Sequence record: SRR31156797_898
Reading direction: 5' to 3' (one strand)
Length of the DNA stretch: 49,386 nt
Below, in pieces: positions 9,547-19,961 of this stretch. The notes under the pieces are model-generated. The model was not told the origin of the DNA, did not search any database, and was given only the letters and a program-made list of their open reading frames with translations. The position numbers and the translations under genes were made by a program. The stretch's first letter is position 1; each line of letters opens with the position of its first letter.

Positions 9547-11778
9547 TCACTTTTTCTTGCTCTGCATGTATTGCCAAAGTGCTCCGCCTTGACGCATGGA
9601 CTTGTTGAGTTCCATTTGAACTGCTTGACTAAATCCTGCGCCTACATTTTTAAGCTGAGAATCTCCATCAACACTTGATGAACCATCTGCATTCACGGTT
9701 ACGTTAATCATTACTGAGCCACCGCCAGTGGCATCCTTGTTACTTACCACTTCTCCACGGCTGTTTGGAAGCATGTACTGCTGACCATTTGCCGCATTGA
9801 ATACTTCTGGCGCTCCGTCTTCGTTAATGCGATACATGCTTCCTGCTTGCACATCGCCGCCATATAGGCGACCACCAGCAATCGCAGTTCCAGCTATGAC
9901 ACCAGCAGAAGCATATCCCATTGCCCTGATCATGTTCGACGTTGCAACAGCACCCATACCCATAACACCAACGTCATGAGCCAATATCTGGTTTGCAGCC
10001 AGCTCTGCAGCGACTATAGCCTGAGCTACCGCAAAGGCTTTCTGTATCGCGAACATGGTTTTATAGCCACTAGACTGCTCATCCATAGACGCCAATACAT
10101 TGGCTGTCATAGCCTGCATAGAGCTAAACAATTGGTTATACATACCAAGCTGAGCCTGTGTAGCGGCCTGTTGGTCTTTGACTTGTTTATCTAGAGCTTT
10201 ATCTTTTTCATCAGCGATTTGCTGATCTATTGCGATTAGGGCATTAGCATGTGTTTCAGCATCACCAATCTCAAGATCTTGGTAATATTGAATCATGTCT
10301 CTTTGCTGTTCTAGGTTGTCTAGAAGAGTCTTATTATCCTCGATGACTGAGCGGCTAACACCAGTAGCCTGCATATCTGGATTTTCTTCGAATGCATCTT
10401 TCTCACCGCTAACTACGAGACTTTTTATAAACTTCTGCGATGCCTCTTTAGATTCTCTCTCTGCCTTAGCTGCCTCACGTTCTGCTGCAGATTTCTCACG
10501 CTTTGATTTCGCTAGCGCCTTTTCAGATTCAGCTTCTTTCTCATTGGCGATTATCTTGTCGTAAGAGGCTTCCATCGATTTAATGGTTTCTGGCGTTGCC
10601 CCCTCTTCTGCTGCATTTTTTAGTGCAATAGCTTTTTCAAGTTCAAGCTGTTTAGAACGTAACTCTTCCGTTCTAACTGATAGCCTCTCAGCATTGTCAG
10701 CCCATTTTTTCTGATTGTTGGCCGCTTTTTCTGCAGCCTTACCAACATCATCAAATTTGATGGTTGACTCATCTAATTTTTTGTTTAGCTCGCCAATGGT
10801 AATTTCACCGAGTTTGTACTGAGCGATTAGATCTGTAATTTGAGAAACTAATCCTCTACCAGCCTCAGTGTTATTAATACCAGCTTTAGTAGCTGCATCT
10901 AATGCAGACTCTAGCTTACCTATTGAACCTGATGGATCTGCTTCAAAGCTTTTTGCAGCCTGACTAAGTTGGATGAATGCTTGATAAGCATCATCTGATT
11001 TATTACCAAACAAATCCATTTGGTAATTAAGGCCGTTGAATTCGCTAATGGTCTCATTTATGCCCTTAGACGCGACCTTCATTGCATTAGCCTGATCGGC
11101 AATAAGGTTTGCTATCTTAACTCTTGCTAACTGATCAGAAACTTGAGCAAGAACTTTCATTTGCTCTGAATAACCAGTAATGCCCTCTGATGAAAGAGTA
11201 ATCGCGGCTTTTACTCGCTCAGTCGCTTTTTCTACATCTTCAAGTGCATCCGTTGTTTTGAATAGATTTGGTATCAGCATTCCAGCCAAAGATGCACCAA
11301 TACCAATTACAGCACCGAGCATAGGAGCACCAAGAACAAAGCCTAAGTCAGCACTCTGAGCTGACAAGGCCAGCATGACATCTTGACCACCTTGGATCTG
11401 ACCAATAAGTTGTTGGAATTGAATCGCAGCTTGACCTGCGTTTCGTCCTATCCCTGCAATTCCAGTTCTTACGCCTGTTGCTGTTTTAGAAAGTTGAATA
11501 TGTCTCTGGTTTAATGAGTCGGTTAGCGCCATCAACCTTTGCATTTTTACAGTTGCTTCTGCATTCACGTTGCCAAACTGGTCAAGAACCACCCCAGCTC
11601 TTGAAATGCTATTTCCAGCTTCGTTGAGTGTTTTTGCGTACTGTCTAACCTGTTGATCTGTTTTAGCCATGACCGTTTGCATTGATTCTAGTGACTTCTT
11701 CATCACAACTGCAGAATCAATTGCCTTCTGAGTATCAGCATCAACAGTGTAATAGACCGTACCAGCATCAATAGCCAT
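9547..11778 (-). CDS. Tape measure protein
   Basis: Long helical Ala/Gln/Lys-rich protein; GGRLYGGDV..YRINEDGAPE motif; lies upstream of M. Confidence 0.9.
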   Translation of the reverse strand: MAIDAGTVYYTVDADTQKAIDSAVVMKKSLESMQTVMAKTDQQVRQYAKTLNEAGNSISRAGVVLDQFGNVNAEATVKMQRLMALTDSLNQRHIQLSKTATGVRTGIAGIGRNAGQAAIQFQQLIGQIQGGQDVMLALSAQSADLGFVLGAPMLGAVIGIGASLAGMLIPNLFKTTDALEDVEKATERVKAAITLSSEGITGYSEQMKVLAQVSDQLARVKIANLIADQANAMKVASKGINETISEFNGLNYQMDLFGNKSDDAYQAFIQLSQAAKSFEADPSGSIGKLESALDAATKAGINNTEAGRGLVSQITDLIAQYKLGEITIGELNKKLDESTIKFDDVGKAAEKAANNQKKWADNAERLSVRTEELRSKQLELEKAIALKNAAEEGATPETIKSMEASYDKIIANEKEAESEKALAKSKREKSAAEREAAKAERESKEASQKFIKSLVVSGEKDAFEENPDMQATGVSRSVIEDNKTLLDNLEQQRDMIQYYQDLEIGDAETHANALIAIDQQIADEKDKALDKQVKDQQAATQAQLGMYNQLFSSMQAMTANVLASMDEQSSGYKTMFAIQKAFAVAQAIVAAELAANQILAHDVGVMGMGAVATSNMIRAMGYASAGVIAGTAIAGGRLYGGDVQAGSMYRINEDGAPEVFNAANGQQYMLPNSRGEVVSNKDATGGGSVMINVTVNADGSSSVDGDSQLKNVGAGFSQAVQMELNKSMRQGGALWQYMQSKKK

Positions 11779-11796
11779 GCCTTACTCCAGATAATA

Positions 11797-11819
11797 AAAA
11801 ACCCAGCCTTAGCGAGGTT
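11797..11819 (-). terminator. Probable intrinsic terminator after the Lom-like gene
   Basis: Imperfect hairpin followed by a T-tract on the minus strand. Confidence 0.5.
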
Positions 11820-11839
11820 CTGTGATTAATTAAATCTTA

Positions 11840-12373
11840 TTAAAACGAATATCCGACACCGGCAACCCATGTTCCGACATTCACTTCATTCAACTCTACG
11901 TATTCATACGAACCATCAATAGAGAAGCTTGGCGTAACATTAATCTGCAGGCCTCCACCATATGACAAACCTGTTTCTGATTCAGTAGCAGACACCGATG
12001 ATACAGAAGCTGAGGCTTTACCATTTACACCACCAACAAGTAGGTACACACTGAAATACTCATTAGCTCTGAAAGTTGGCCCAGCCATAAAAGAAGAGTA
12101 TTCAAGTGAAACGTTAGCTCTAGTGCCATTATAAACGCCACCTTCGCTATAATCCGTTTTTGTATAAGACAGGATTAGTCCGTATTCGTCAGTGTATTCA
12201 ATGCGATATTTAGCATTAAACCCATCAGCTACATCATCCAATTCATATCCAGCAAATCCGGCACTTGAACTAGCATAACCGACAGATACAGTCTGCTTCA
12301 TTTCTTCAGCACTTAATGAAAAGCTCGATAGACAAACAGCTGCGCTCACTACTAACGTTGATAGAATTTTCAT
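11840..12373 (-). CDS. Ail/Lom/OmpX-family outer-membrane beta-barrel (moron)
   Basis: Signal peptide MKILSTLVVSAAVCLSSFSLSA; TVSVGYA, GFNAKYR, MAGPTFRANEYFSVY; C-terminal WVAGVGYSF. Confidence 0.9.
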   Translation of the reverse strand: MKILSTLVVSAAVCLSSFSLSAEEMKQTVSVGYASSSAGFAGYELDDVADGFNAKYRIEYTDEYGLILSYTKTDYSEGGVYNGTRANVSLEYSSFMAGPTFRANEYFSVYLLVGGVNGKASASVSSVSATESETGLSYGGGLQINVTPSFSIDGSYEYVELNEVNVGTWVAGVGYSF

Positions 12374-12441
12374 CAGGTTACCATTTTTATAATTAGATAT
12401 ATGCAAATGCTATCACCATAAAAACTTCTATAACAGAAACA

Positions 12442-13047
12442 TTAATGAACTTTCTGACCGCGCTTACGCTGAATTTTTTCAAACCATTCCATTGTTGCTT
12501 CGTGTTGTTCTTTCGTTGGAGCTTTCGAACCGGGTTCGTTGCTTTCAGGTTCAGGGAACTTAGCACGCATAGCGCCAACTAAGCTCGTCATTGTCATGTT
12601 CCAAGCTTCTTTTTCTGTAATGCCAAGGTGCGCCATAGCCAAGGAAACATGCTCACTTGCCTTGAATTCTGTTGTGTATGTACTTTGATCTGGTTCTTTG
12701 TTTTTTAACGGCTCTTGTGCGCCAGTTATGCCGTGTTTTAGCAATGATCTGGCAATGGCAATGACATCGGTATAATTGGCGGCTTTCTTTACATACTTGC
12801 GCTTATCATTCAAGTATCCAAACACTTCTGATAAGTCATCTTCACAGCATGAGTTTATGACCATTAACGCCTCATTAAACTGACGCCACTTTGACTTCTT
12901 GTCGGTAAATTCACTCATTACGATAGCATAAGAGTGAAGGACCTCTTTTTTATCGCCAATCTGAGTCATTGCGTAAAGAGAAGGCCTAAGAATATGAGTG
13001 TTACCTTTGTAGTGAACTCCTATTTCGCCAATATCAGTCAAGATCAT
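12442..13047 (-). CDS. Tail assembly chaperone
   Basis: Between major tail and tape measure genes; MILTDIGE..LRPSLYAM..AWNMTMT pattern. Confidence 0.7.
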   Translation of the reverse strand: MILTDIGEIGVHYKGNTHILRPSLYAMTQIGDKKEVLHSYAIVMSEFTDKKSKWRQFNEALMVINSCCEDDLSEVFGYLNDKRKYVKKAANYTDVIAIARSLLKHGITGAQEPLKNKEPDQSTYTTEFKASEHVSLAMAHLGITEKEAWNMTMTSLVGAMRAKFPEPESNEPGSKAPTKEQHEATMEWFEKIQRKRGQKVH

Positions 13048-13106
13048 ACTTCACCAAGAAAAGTTAACTTGGAACTCTAAAGAGACCTTTAGAGTTCCTG
13101 CTGGTT

Positions 13107-13844
13107 TTAAGATACTGTTACAGCAACTGTATCTGTGATCGCGGTGTTCGATGTTGACTTGATGGTAATCACTGCGCTACCTGTCGCAATTGCGGTAACA
13201 ACACCGTTTTGAGTAACGGTTGCAACATTCACGTCATCACTTTCATAAGTCACACCTTGAGGTGCATCAGTAGGCTCAACCGCTACAGCTAGCTGACGAG
13301 TATCGTTTGCTGCCATGGTTAGCGTATCAGGATAAGCTGCTACAGAAACGACATCAGATGCATCTGCGTCTGGTGTGTCTTCAACAATCAAACCAAAGTC
13401 AGAAGCGGTAGCTGATGATTCCATACTGTAAGTAACAACGTTATCGTATGGCGCTGAACGGCTCATATTTGAAATAAGCATTAATGCTGTAAACGTAAGG
13501 TCTGGGAACGTCATACGTAGCCAAGCTTTAGGTTGACCATCTGTCGCTACAGGGTTTGCAACATGCTTAGTTAAGTCGATAAGGTTTTGAGCTCCAGCAC
13601 CGCTAGCCTTACACACACCATCACCAGAAATAGACAAGCTCTGGAATGTTGCTAAGTTCTCACGCAGTGCGCCAATAGAGTCAGCGTCAGTACCATCTGT
13701 TGTATCCCAAGACAGGTTAAACTCTTTAGTTCGTAGTGAACCAAAAACCTTCCAGTCCGCCGATGCTGGTAACGTATCACCACAGCCAATCGCATATTCA
13801 AGCACGACATCACGACCGACGTATTTTGTTTTATTACAATTCAT
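13107..13844 (-). CDS. Major tail (tube) protein with C-terminal Ig-like domain
   Basis: Position; C-terminal YESDDVNVATVTQNGVVTAIATGSAVIT (Big_2-like). Confidence 0.9.
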   Translation of the reverse strand: MNCNKTKYVGRDVVLEYAIGCGDTLPASADWKVFGSLRTKEFNLSWDTTDGTDADSIGALRENLATFQSLSISGDGVCKASGAGAQNLIDLTKHVANPVATDGQPKAWLRMTFPDLTFTALMLISNMSRSAPYDNVVTYSMESSATASDFGLIVEDTPDADASDVVSVAAYPDTLTMAANDTRQLAVAVEPTDAPQGVTYESDDVNVATVTQNGVVTAIATGSAVITIKSTSNTAITDTVAVTVS

Positions 13845-13854
13845 CTAATGATTC

Positions 13855-14217
13855 CTAGTAAGTAAGTTGAAAATCAACAGACACAAACGGTCTGTTTTCT
13901 TCTGTGTAACCAACGCCGGAAGGCTCCGTCATTGCTCGTATTGCAGCAGCACCACAAGGAACGGTGCCATCGATTGACTCTTGTATAAGTAATTCGATGT
14001 CAGATAGGAGAGTGGCAGCATGTTGACGGCCATTTTCAGGGCCCGCGAGTAAGATTCTGAATCTAGGTCTGCGGGTATCTACGTCAACAGGAGCGCCGCC
14101 CATGTGATAAATGGCACAAATGTACTGGATGGTTGCGTTATCAACCCAAGCGCCCATGCTGTACTGATACTTGCTGTCTAATAGAGATTCAATCCACGCT
14201 TTTAATTGCTCAGACAC
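13855..14217 (-). CDS. Tail terminator-like protein
   Basis: Size and position immediately before the major tail gene. Confidence 0.65.
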   Translation of the reverse strand: MSEQLKAWIESLLDSKYQYSMGAWVDNATIQYICAIYHMGGAPVDVDTRRPRFRILLAGPENGRQHAATLLSDIELLIQESIDGTVPCGAAAIRAMTEPSGVGYTEENRPFVSVDFQLTY

Positions 14218-14671
14218 GGTACATCCTCTCTAATATTGATGGTATTTTTGGCTGCAACTCGTTAAACCCTTTAGTCAACCATTGAGGTTCAGCATCTGGA
14301 TCCCAGTAATTACCAGTAAGAGACCCACCACCAAACTCAACTACTTGCTGAGGACCAAATGCAGATTGATTCCCTGTTTTGCCGAAATGCGCTCTTGGCA
14401 TTCCCTTAAGCTTTCCGGGCATTTCATGCACTGCGCCTGCGTATTTAGCGGTATAACCAATGTAACCAGTCATGCCTCTGTTTGATTTCTCAATCTGAGG
14501 GGCGTATTGGCTGTTAATCAACGTACTCGTATCGACTGGCACCATCGTTTGAGCAATAGCACCACCCTCGCTAAGAACTGCGTAAATAGCCGCTTCTGTA
14601 CGAGTTTCCTCGATGGTTCCAACAATGCGATCAAAACCAGCTTTAACTTTTTCTATTCCTTTAACCGTCAT
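14210..14671 (-). CDS. Neck protein (HK97 gp10-like)
   Basis: VKGIEKV..PVDTSTLINS..YAGAVHE motifs. Confidence 0.8.
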   Translation of the reverse strand: MTVKGIEKVKAGFDRIVGTIEETRTEAAIYAVLSEGGAIAQTMVPVDTSTLINSQYAPQIEKSNRGMTGYIGYTAKYAGAVHEMPGKLKGMPRAHFGKTGNQSAFGPQQVVEFGGGSLTGNYWDPDAEPQWLTKGFNELQPKIPSILERMYRV

Positions 14672-14690
14672 AATCTACGACCGCTGTACG

Positions 14691-15023
14691 CTACAAATTA
14701 ATTTGAAACACCGATTGCCCGCTTTGTTCTGGAAATACTGCAACAGACTTAACCCCTTTTACTGGGCGCCCATGCTGATCGTGAACTTTGTATACTCCAC
14801 CCGGAGAAAGAACTGCAGTGAGTTCAACCTCTCCAGAAGGGATATCATCTTGTGCATTGATAAGCTGTTGCAGCTCTTTAATTACTGGATTGCGCGGGTC
14901 TGCGTCATACTCATCGAGAAGCAAATCAAGAACATTGATTAGGGTTTGTTTAACCTTGCTTGGAGATTCAGCTCCGGGTGGTCTCGGTTTTATTGCGTTT
15001 TCTGGCTTTGGGTTATGCATCAT
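14691..15023 (-). CDS. Hypothetical protein inserted in the neck module
   Basis: ORF overlaps the upstream stop, same strand. Confidence 0.55.
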   Translation of the reverse strand: MMHNPKPENAIKPRPPGAESPSKVKQTLINVLDLLLDEYDADPRNPVIKELQQLINAQDDIPSGEVELTAVLSPGGVYKVHDQHGRPVKGVKSVAVFPEQSGQSVFQINL

Positions 15024-15340
15024 GTCACCAATTTGTAATCCGGTTCTTCTTCAAAGAACGACATATCCCATTCAGTACGGGACCGTATTTCTTGCCATTC
15101 GGAATGACCATTTAACTGGATGAGATCGAGATATTTAGGAGCAGAGTTTTCGGTGAAGATTTCATAGTTTGATATGAATTCTTTCCCTTTATCATCTCGC
15201 ATCTGTTCAGACTTAGCAGTCCATGTGCAAGCAATCTCAAACTCTTCACCGTAGGTCGTTTCACCTGACCATTGGTCAATGCTGATAAATGGTTTTACTG
15301 TTGCTGTGTTGGTGTATGACCAGTTAGCAGTAGCACTCAT
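15020..15340 (-). CDS. Head closure / head-tail adaptor
   Basis: MSATANWSYT start; position in neck cluster; start overlaps the upstream stop. Confidence 0.7.
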   Translation of the reverse strand: MSATANWSYTNTATVKPFISIDQWSGETTYGEEFEIACTWTAKSEQMRDDKGKEFISNYEIFTENSAPKYLDLIQLNGHSEWQEIRSRTEWDMSFFEEEPDYKLVT

Positions 15341-15732
15341 AAGCACCCACCCTTACCTAGCCATATCCCTGCAAATGAATTTTGCGTTGGGTCTGGTGGT
15401 ATCAAATCAGTAGTGCATCCACTTTTGTCTAGTCCACGCAATAGGTTCAACTGCGCTTTCCATCGATCGGCAAAGTTTTTGTACTTGAACGAACGGGAAG
15501 CACCGCTTGGTGCGGTTTGGCTTGACAACATCTTGTCCGATTGGGCGTAAGCCATTAGCGAGATTAAATAACACTGAATAAGCAAGGCGGTATTCGCAGA
15601 ATAATTGGCATCTAGACAATCATTCACTGAGTTAGCCAACTCTACCCAACCAATGATAATGAAATCTGGTGTAGTACCGGCATCAATTCCCTGTGACTGT
15701 AAATATTGCTTTGCTTGTTCTGATGTGATCAT
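15337..15732 (-). CDS. Head-tail connector protein
   Basis: Start at MITSEQA after a GAGGT SD; SQTAPSGASRSF motif. Confidence 0.7.
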   Translation of the reverse strand: MITSEQAKQYLQSQGIDAGTTPDFIIIGWVELANSVNDCLDANYSANTALLIQCYLISLMAYAQSDKMLSSQTAPSGASRSFKYKNFADRWKAQLNLLRGLDKSGCTTDLIPPDPTQNSFAGIWLGKGGCL

Positions 15733-15745
15733 GATGACCTCAAAG

Positions 15746-15799
15746 AAAAAGCCCCACCGAAGCGGGGCATTAAAAAAGCCGCTCAAATATGGCGGCTTG
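15746..15799 (-). terminator. Tandem intrinsic terminators after the capsid operon
   Basis: Plus-strand aaaaagcccc..ggggc and aaaaagccgc..gcggctt hairpins, i.e. T-tracts on the minus strand. Confidence 0.75.
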
Positions 15800-16144
15800 T
15801 TATTTCTTGGCTGCTGGCTTCTCAGCTGGTGCAGTTGGAGTTGCTGGCTTAAGTTCGCCGGCTTTCTTTTCAGCTTCTGCTATAATGCCTTTAGCCTTAC
15901 CTTCTGCTTCACTAACAATTTTCATAGCTTCTTCGTTAGCCTTTTCGATGATGAGTTTAGCTTCTTCGTTAGACTGCTCGATAATAAGAGCAGCTTCGCC
16001 TTTAGCCTTATCTACATCATCACCATCACTTTCAACTTCAATGTATGGTCTAACATTTGCCTTTAGCGAAGGGTGAAGCTCTTTAAGCTCAACGATTGCG
16101 CCTTTTTTTACGCCATGCCAAGGTATTTCAACGATATATTTCAT
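15800..16144 (-). CDS. Small capsid-associated hypothetical protein
   Basis: Follows the capsid gene with a GGAG SD; coiled Ala/Lys/Glu repeats. Confidence 0.7.
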   Translation of the reverse strand: MKYIVEIPWHGVKKGAIVELKELHPSLKANVRPYIEVESDGDDVDKAKGEAALIIEQSNEEAKLIIEKANEEAMKIVSEAEGKAKGIIAEAEKKAGELKPATPTAPAEKPAAKK

Positions 16145-16154
16145 GTGTTACTCC

Positions 16155-17225
16155 TTAGCCCATGTCCGCGCCGTAAACGACACCAGAACGACCGTCCTTG
16201 TCCTTCTTAACCTGCATACCCATAGCACCCATGATCTGGAAGTTATAGTTGCTGTTAGGCATTGGACGAGGTAACGGGGTAACACCAGTTGTCATACCGA
16301 CAAGAGGTGTAATCGTTGATTGCTTACGCTCGTAGCCCAAGAATTCATTACCTGTCATGGCGTACGTTTCTCGGAACTCACGAACCTTACCGCGAGCAAT
16401 CAGCTCTTTCTCGATAGTGCCTTTCACAACACCATTAACCACGTAATCAGTGCCAAGGTTTGCTTTGATTTGCGGAGACACCCAAACAACATCGTAAACT
16501 GTTACATAGTTGTCGATGGCGTTAGTGAAGAATGCACCTTTAGTGAAGAAATTTAGCAACTCAGAAGGTGTAGCACTGGTGAGGTCGATATTCGAACCAG
16601 AAGCGCCAAGATTGATTTTCTTGGTATTTCGGTGGTTTCGCGCACCTTGACCAGTTTTGCTATCCACTCTGACGCCAGCTGCACCATCAAGCGCATAGCT
16701 GACTAGCTTTTCATTGTAAATCTTCATCTTCGCAGCTTGAGAGTCTAGAACTAAATCAAGACCTACAGAGCTTAGGCCAGCAGCATGACGCCAGTTAACA
16801 CCAAAACCTGCTAGGAAAACAGGAATCGGGTCACCGTCAGAATCATAATCTGTGTGATCAAAGCTAAATGGAGCCTGACCGTCGATTGTGATTGAAACGT
16901 CATCAGCGATATCACCAACAATATTGTATAGTTTGGCAGTTTTACCGATTGGTAGTGTGGTTTGGATAGAAAGAAGATCCATCAGCATTTCCATACCAAT
17001 AGTTTCTTCACGAGATTGAACAACCATTCGGTCAACCTCTTGCCAGAACTCACGAGCGAAACCAGTTGCAGCGTTAGCGGCAATCATTTCCGGTGTCATG
17101 TGAGCTCGGTTTGCAGTGATCATTGACTGCATATTGGCGCTAACAATGTTACGTGTAGCCCAAAGGTCTTCCCAGTGGCCTTGAACGTTGCGGTTAGCCG
17201 CCAGTGTTTCACGAGTAAAAAACAT
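16155..17225 (-). CDS. Major capsid protein
   Basis: 356 aa after scaffold and decoration genes; strong SD; followed by terminators. Confidence 0.85.
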   Translation of the reverse strand: MFFTRETLAANRNVQGHWEDLWATRNIVSANMQSMITANRAHMTPEMIAANAATGFAREFWQEVDRMVVQSREETIGMEMLMDLLSIQTTLPIGKTAKLYNIVGDIADDVSITIDGQAPFSFDHTDYDSDGDPIPVFLAGFGVNWRHAAGLSSVGLDLVLDSQAAKMKIYNEKLVSYALDGAAGVRVDSKTGQGARNHRNTKKINLGASGSNIDLTSATPSELLNFFTKGAFFTNAIDNYVTVYDVVWVSPQIKANLGTDYVVNGVVKGTIEKELIARGKVREFRETYAMTGNEFLGYERKQSTITPLVGMTTGVTPLPRPMPNSNYNFQIMGAMGMQVKKDKDGRSGVVYGADMG

Positions 17226-17238
17226 CTACTTTCTCCTG

Positions 17239-17667
17239 TTAAGCGGTTACAGCAACGCCACTACGGAAACGAACACGGATGAGATCATCAGCAGTCAGGG
17301 TAACTTCGTCCTGAGAGTAGCCAATAATAACGTCCGTACCTTCAACACCAATTGCACCTTTGCCAGCGGTACCAAGCTTGATTGGTGTATCTTTTTTGTA
17401 TGCACCTGCAGGACAAAGAAGCGCGAGTTCGCGGCCTTCTTCGACATACTCAGCAACACCAGAATCACCAGCTGGAACCGCTTCTGCAATTCCTAAGCCT
17501 TGGTGTGATGCGGGATGCATTACGTACATACGACCAGATAGAGCTGAAACGACGGCAAACTCTTCACTAGAATCGATGTTTACGAGAACGCCAGGCAGTG
17601 CATTAGCAGCAGCCAAGCGGGTTTCTGTGACGGACTTGCCGTCTAGGTTAATACGACGATAGCGCAT
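17239..17667 (-). CDS. Head decoration protein
   Basis: Small beta-rich protein between scaffold and capsid genes. Confidence 0.7.
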   Translation of the reverse strand: MRYRRINLDGKSVTETRLAAANALPGVLVNIDSSEEFAVVSALSGRMYVMHPASHQGLGIAEAVPAGDSGVAEYVEEGRELALLCPAGAYKKDTPIKLGTAGKGAIGVEGTDVIIGYSQDEVTLTADDLIRVRFRSGVAVTA

Positions 17668-17679
17668 TGTTCACCATCC

Positions 17680-19011
17680 TTATTTTTGGAAATATTCGTC
17701 CGCTTTTGGTGCACCAGTTTCAGCCTGCTCAGTAGCAGAGTTGGTACCAATCGGCGCAGCAGAGCCACACTTCTTGAACATTTCGTCAAGAGCATCACCT
17801 TGCAGTGAGTTAGCAACGATTTCACCGAACTGTTTTGACACAGCTTCACGCTTACGCGCTTCATCAGCATCATGGTTAGCAGTAAGCTTTTTGAACTGCT
17901 CTTCTGTGTTTGCTTGGAAAGTAGCGAACTGTTCAGCAATCGGTTTTAAGGCTTCTTGCATATTGGCAGCGACAGCCTGACTAACCTCGCCTACGAGTTC
18001 TTTTTTCTCTTCTGGTGTTAAAGGCATGTCGCCCTCCTGTTTGTTTGCTGCAGGTTGTTTCTGCAGGTTGAATAAATTCTTTGCTTTGTTTGCGATAATC
18101 GCTGTCCATGACTCAGTTCTCTGGACATCAGTACCATCATCGTCAAATACAATTTTCCCGCTTTCAGATTTGTATCCGTAGACTTTCGCCTTCCCGCCGT
18201 TGGTAATGACGATCGCCTGAGAACTGGTGAAGTCTGCTACCCACGCATATTCATCGTTACCCGGTGCAAACTTATCTTTGGCGGCTTTCTCTAATCGGCG
18301 TTCTAACTCGCGGAAGCTTTCACCAACAAGAACGCCAGAGTTAACTTTTAGCTTCTGCATAGGCTTTGCTAGGTCAGCGTTAACCATTAAACCAACGCCT
18401 TGTTCCGGTGTAGCTGCGCCAACTTCATTTAGCAGAATGGCATCATGGTCAACGGCTTTGATGTCAGCTACCCAATTCGCGCCCATGTTTCGCTGTTCTT
18501 CGGTTGGCTCTAGCTCTTCAAGAAAAACCGCGATACTGGTATGAATAGGAGGAACATCGTCACCACGTTCGATAGCTTCGACACGTTCAATTAGCTCGTT
18601 GCCTTTTGGTGACTCTTTGGCTTTCTCGATATCTACCCATTTTTCCACATAGACACGGTTACCAGATTTTTTAACGTTGCGGTTCCATGCCCCAACGTGG
18701 CCTTGGTTAATACCTTCAGCACTAAACGCAGAGATAAATGCACCGTTCAAAGTAGGATGACCTAGCGGAGCTAAAGTACCTTCCAGACCTTCATAGTGCT
18801 TATCTATCTGCTCAGCGGTGTACAAACCACCGTTCATAATCACGTTTGCTGGTAGCGTGTAACTAGGCAATACCCAATGCTCACGGCCGTTGTATGTTTC
18901 GCGTCGAATCGATTGATTGTTAACGCGAGTAGTAACGTTCACTTGGATGCAAGACTCACGATTCACCGCGAGTGATGAGTTAACGACAAGTGAAACTTTT
19001 GACTTTTTCAT
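17680..19011 (-). CDS. Prohead protease/scaffold
   Basis: APLGHP and DHDAILLNEVGAATPEQGVG motifs; helical C-terminus; exact start uncertain. Confidence 0.75.
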   Translation of the reverse strand: MKKSKVSLVVNSSLAVNRESCIQVNVTTRVNNQSIRRETYNGREHWVLPSYTLPANVIMNGGLYTAEQIDKHYEGLEGTLAPLGHPTLNGAFISAFSAEGINQGHVGAWNRNVKKSGNRVYVEKWVDIEKAKESPKGNELIERVEAIERGDDVPPIHTSIAVFLEELEPTEEQRNMGANWVADIKAVDHDAILLNEVGAATPEQGVGLMVNADLAKPMQKLKVNSGVLVGESFRELERRLEKAAKDKFAPGNDEYAWVADFTSSQAIVITNGGKAKVYGYKSESGKIVFDDDGTDVQRTESWTAIIANKAKNLFNLQKQPAANKQEGDMPLTPEEKKELVGEVSQAVAANMQEALKPIAEQFATFQANTEEQFKKLTANHDADEARKREAVSKQFGEIVANSLQGDALDEMFKKCGSAAPIGTNSATEQAETGAPKADEYFQK

Positions 19012-19028
19012 TTCATCCCCTAACTGCA

Positions 19029-19958
19029 TCAGTGGCAGCATGAACATTTTTGATTAGTTGCGAACTTCGACTTCTTGAACATTTTCTCGGCTCGTTCAAT
19101 GATCGTTTCGTTGAGCGGATTCCCATCTTTATCAACTAGGACTGTTACGGTTGAACATTTGCAATTGATGCTATTCGAACCAGTAGCAAACCACTCTCTG
19201 ACCTGCTCCAACGTGAATAACTTCGCATGCCTTTCTGCGTGCCACGTTCTCGTTGTTGGAGATAGCGCAGACATGTGCATCTGCATGGTTTTGAAACCGT
19301 ATCGCGCCTCTGCATCTTCTGTTTCATCCCATCGAGCGCGACGTAACGCAGTTGGTATCTCAGTTCTAGCTATTCGGTTAGCACGACCTTGCTCTAACTT
19401 GGCTTGAGTAACTAACGATCTAGCAACATCACGAGGATTTAGTCCTCTGGCAATACCATCAGTCAGAACCCTTGCCATATCCGCTTTTACTTTTGCGGTA
19501 AGGCTTTTCATCTCTTCAAAGACACGAGCCTGAAGCATTGCGACTCGACGTCGATAAGGCTCACGTCTAATGATCTGTGTTAGCGATTCGTTTTCTGACC
19601 GATACGTTTTAGATTGAGCAGAGAGATTAGAGAATTCCTGACCGGTTCCCCGTTGATAGGCCGTCGATACGTAAGTTTCAAAGAACCATCCGTTCTCTGC
19701 ACGACCAATCAACTCATCGTCAATCAGAGCGTCACCTTCATCCAAGATGATGCGAAGGATTAAACTATCCAGTTCGTACAGGTATTTCTTATTAACGACT
19801 GGCTGGCTAGGAATTCGCTCAACAAGTTCCGCATATCGCCTGCCAATGTTTCTCAGCCTTTTTTCAAACTGGTTAATGGCACCACGCTCTAACTTATCGA
19901 CTCCCGTAGGATCTTCGATGTTGCGCGGCAATATCGGTGATGCAGCTTTCTTTGCCAT
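19029..19958 (-). CDS. Minor head morphogenesis protein (SPP1 gp7/Mu F-like)
   Basis: RANRIARTE, TRTWHAERH and INCKCS motifs. Confidence 0.9.
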   Translation of the reverse strand: MAKKAASPILPRNIEDPTGVDKLERGAINQFEKRLRNIGRRYAELVERIPSQPVVNKKYLYELDSLILRIILDEGDALIDDELIGRAENGWFFETYVSTAYQRGTGQEFSNLSAQSKTYRSENESLTQIIRREPYRRRVAMLQARVFEEMKSLTAKVKADMARVLTDGIARGLNPRDVARSLVTQAKLEQGRANRIARTEIPTALRRARWDETEDAEARYGFKTMQMHMSALSPTTRTWHAERHAKLFTLEQVREWFATGSNSINCKCSTVTVLVDKDGNPLNETIIERAEKMFKKSKFATNQKCSCCH

Positions 19959-19961
19959 TGT

